Source: Hyphomicrobium sp. (GTDB taxonomy: Bacteria > Pseudomonadota > Alphaproteobacteria > Rhizobiales > Hyphomicrobiaceae). From it: a stretch of 64,000 bases of DNA. Below the pieces are notes generated by a model, which saw nothing but the letters and a program-made list of their open reading frames with translations, had not been told where the DNA came from and did no database searches. Of this stretch, positions 63,454-64,000 are shown in pieces. The stretch covers positions 16,840 to 80,839 of the forward strand of contig NZ_DASRYS010000014.1 of assembly GCF_035687085.1 (NCBI RefSeq), read 5' to 3'. A program made the position numbers and the translations under genes. Position 1 is the first letter of the stretch. The number at the start of each line of letters is the position of its first letter.

Positions 63454-64000
63454 TCATAGGATCGCGCGGCAGGGCTCAGGCAAGTGGAAAGCTTCGGACG
63501 TCGCAGTGCCCCATTCAGCGGGCCAATCGAGATGACCAACGGCCGAGGCTGGTGGCAGCAGGCGGTGAGCGTCGTCCTCGCCTATGGCAAAGTTCAAAAC
63601 ATCAATTCTTGCATCATAGTCTTCATGCCAATCGCCCAGCCACGCTGACAGCGAATACCTGCCCGGGCGGATCGGCAAGCGGCGCACCTCGCATCTCAGG
63701 ACGCCGTGGGACATGCCGTTCACGCGACTCCGGCTCGGATGAAACCGGCTATTCGATCCCCAGACCGGTTCACCGGTATCGGCGCGCAGGACAATTCCAC
63801 CAACTGCCGTGGACAGCGGCCTCGGCGAAGCAAATTGAATATCGACGATCAAGTCACGGTTGACGAGCGCTTCGCCGTTTACGGCGATTGCGGTTATCGC
63901 GGGGCGCGTCGCCGTTGCCACGAACGAAATCGAATGCGCGGCATCGCTCGTATTCAGGTACTGCTTGACGACGGCATCAACGGAGCCATCGAGCACTACA
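63454..64000 (-). CDS. 3' end of a polysaccharide ABC exporter ATPase (Wzt) with C-terminal carbohydrate-binding domain
   Basis: Frame is open to the window edge; G....VVKQY linker followed by an Ig-like Wzt_C pattern (VGGIVLR..G..VWG.NS, LPIRPGRYSLSAWL). Confidence 0.7.
   Translation of the reverse strand, partial: VVLDGSVDAVVKQYLNTSDAAHSISFVATATRPAITAIAVNGEALVNRDLIVDIQFASPRPLSTAVGGIVLRADTGEPVWGSNSRFHPSRSRVNGMSHGVLRCEVRRLPIRPGRYSLSAWLGDWHEDYDARIDVLNFAIGEDDAHRLLPPASAVGHLDWPAEWGTATSEAFHLPEPCRAIL

Noticed and set aside
1-64000. CRISPR arrays, tRNA/rRNA, IS elements, integrases, prophage, defence systems
   Set aside because: No regularly spaced direct repeats, cloverleafs, transposase/integrase motifs or phage structural genes were seen. 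The holin-like membrane protein at 6159-6575 sits among stress genes, not phage genes.

Overview
GC-rich alphaproteobacterial chromosomal window; the porin family at 34.5-35.8 kb suggests Hyphomicrobium or a relative (inference). It has five blocks. (1) 0.4-10 kb: general-stress genes (SDRs, Mn-catalase, YciF ferritin-like, DUF883-like, YihY, DUF1003, DUF72, 3-methyladenine glycosylase, small secreted proteins). (2) 10.0-28.2 kb: an 18-gene carbohydrate/cyclitol tailoring cassette of unknown product, which I recognise as resembling the TIGRFAM 'rhizo-twelve' neighbourhood. It has a radical SAM enzyme, a methyltransferase, four CgeB-type and one GT4 glycosyltransferase, three NDP-sugar SDRs, a nucleotidyltransferase and a GH-A hydrolase that appears circularly permuted. 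It also carries inositol-3-phosphate synthase, two phosphatases, a phosphopentomutase and a 559-aa PRTase-like/kinase-like fusion. (3) 28.7-41 kb: an oxalate catabolism locus (two frc, oxc, oxlT, GntR, PAS-only protein, porin) with a repeated TGGYAT-N5-ATRCCA operator. It includes an intact SucC/SucD(MtkAB)-like pair that has lost the phospho-His and the ATP-grasp residues. (4) 41-53 kb: tex and a two-component hub with three kinases and four single-domain receivers. (5) 53-64 kb: egtBD, a PaoABC-like molybdoenzyme and the end of an O-antigen/ABC-export cluster. About 17 sigma-EcfG-type promoter motifs (GGAAC-N16/17-CGTT and variants) lie directly upstream of genes in blocks 1, 2, 4 and 5, including all three transcription units of the cassette. 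I saw no tRNA, rRNA, CRISPR array or IS. All family assignments come from motif recognition by eye; no database search was run.
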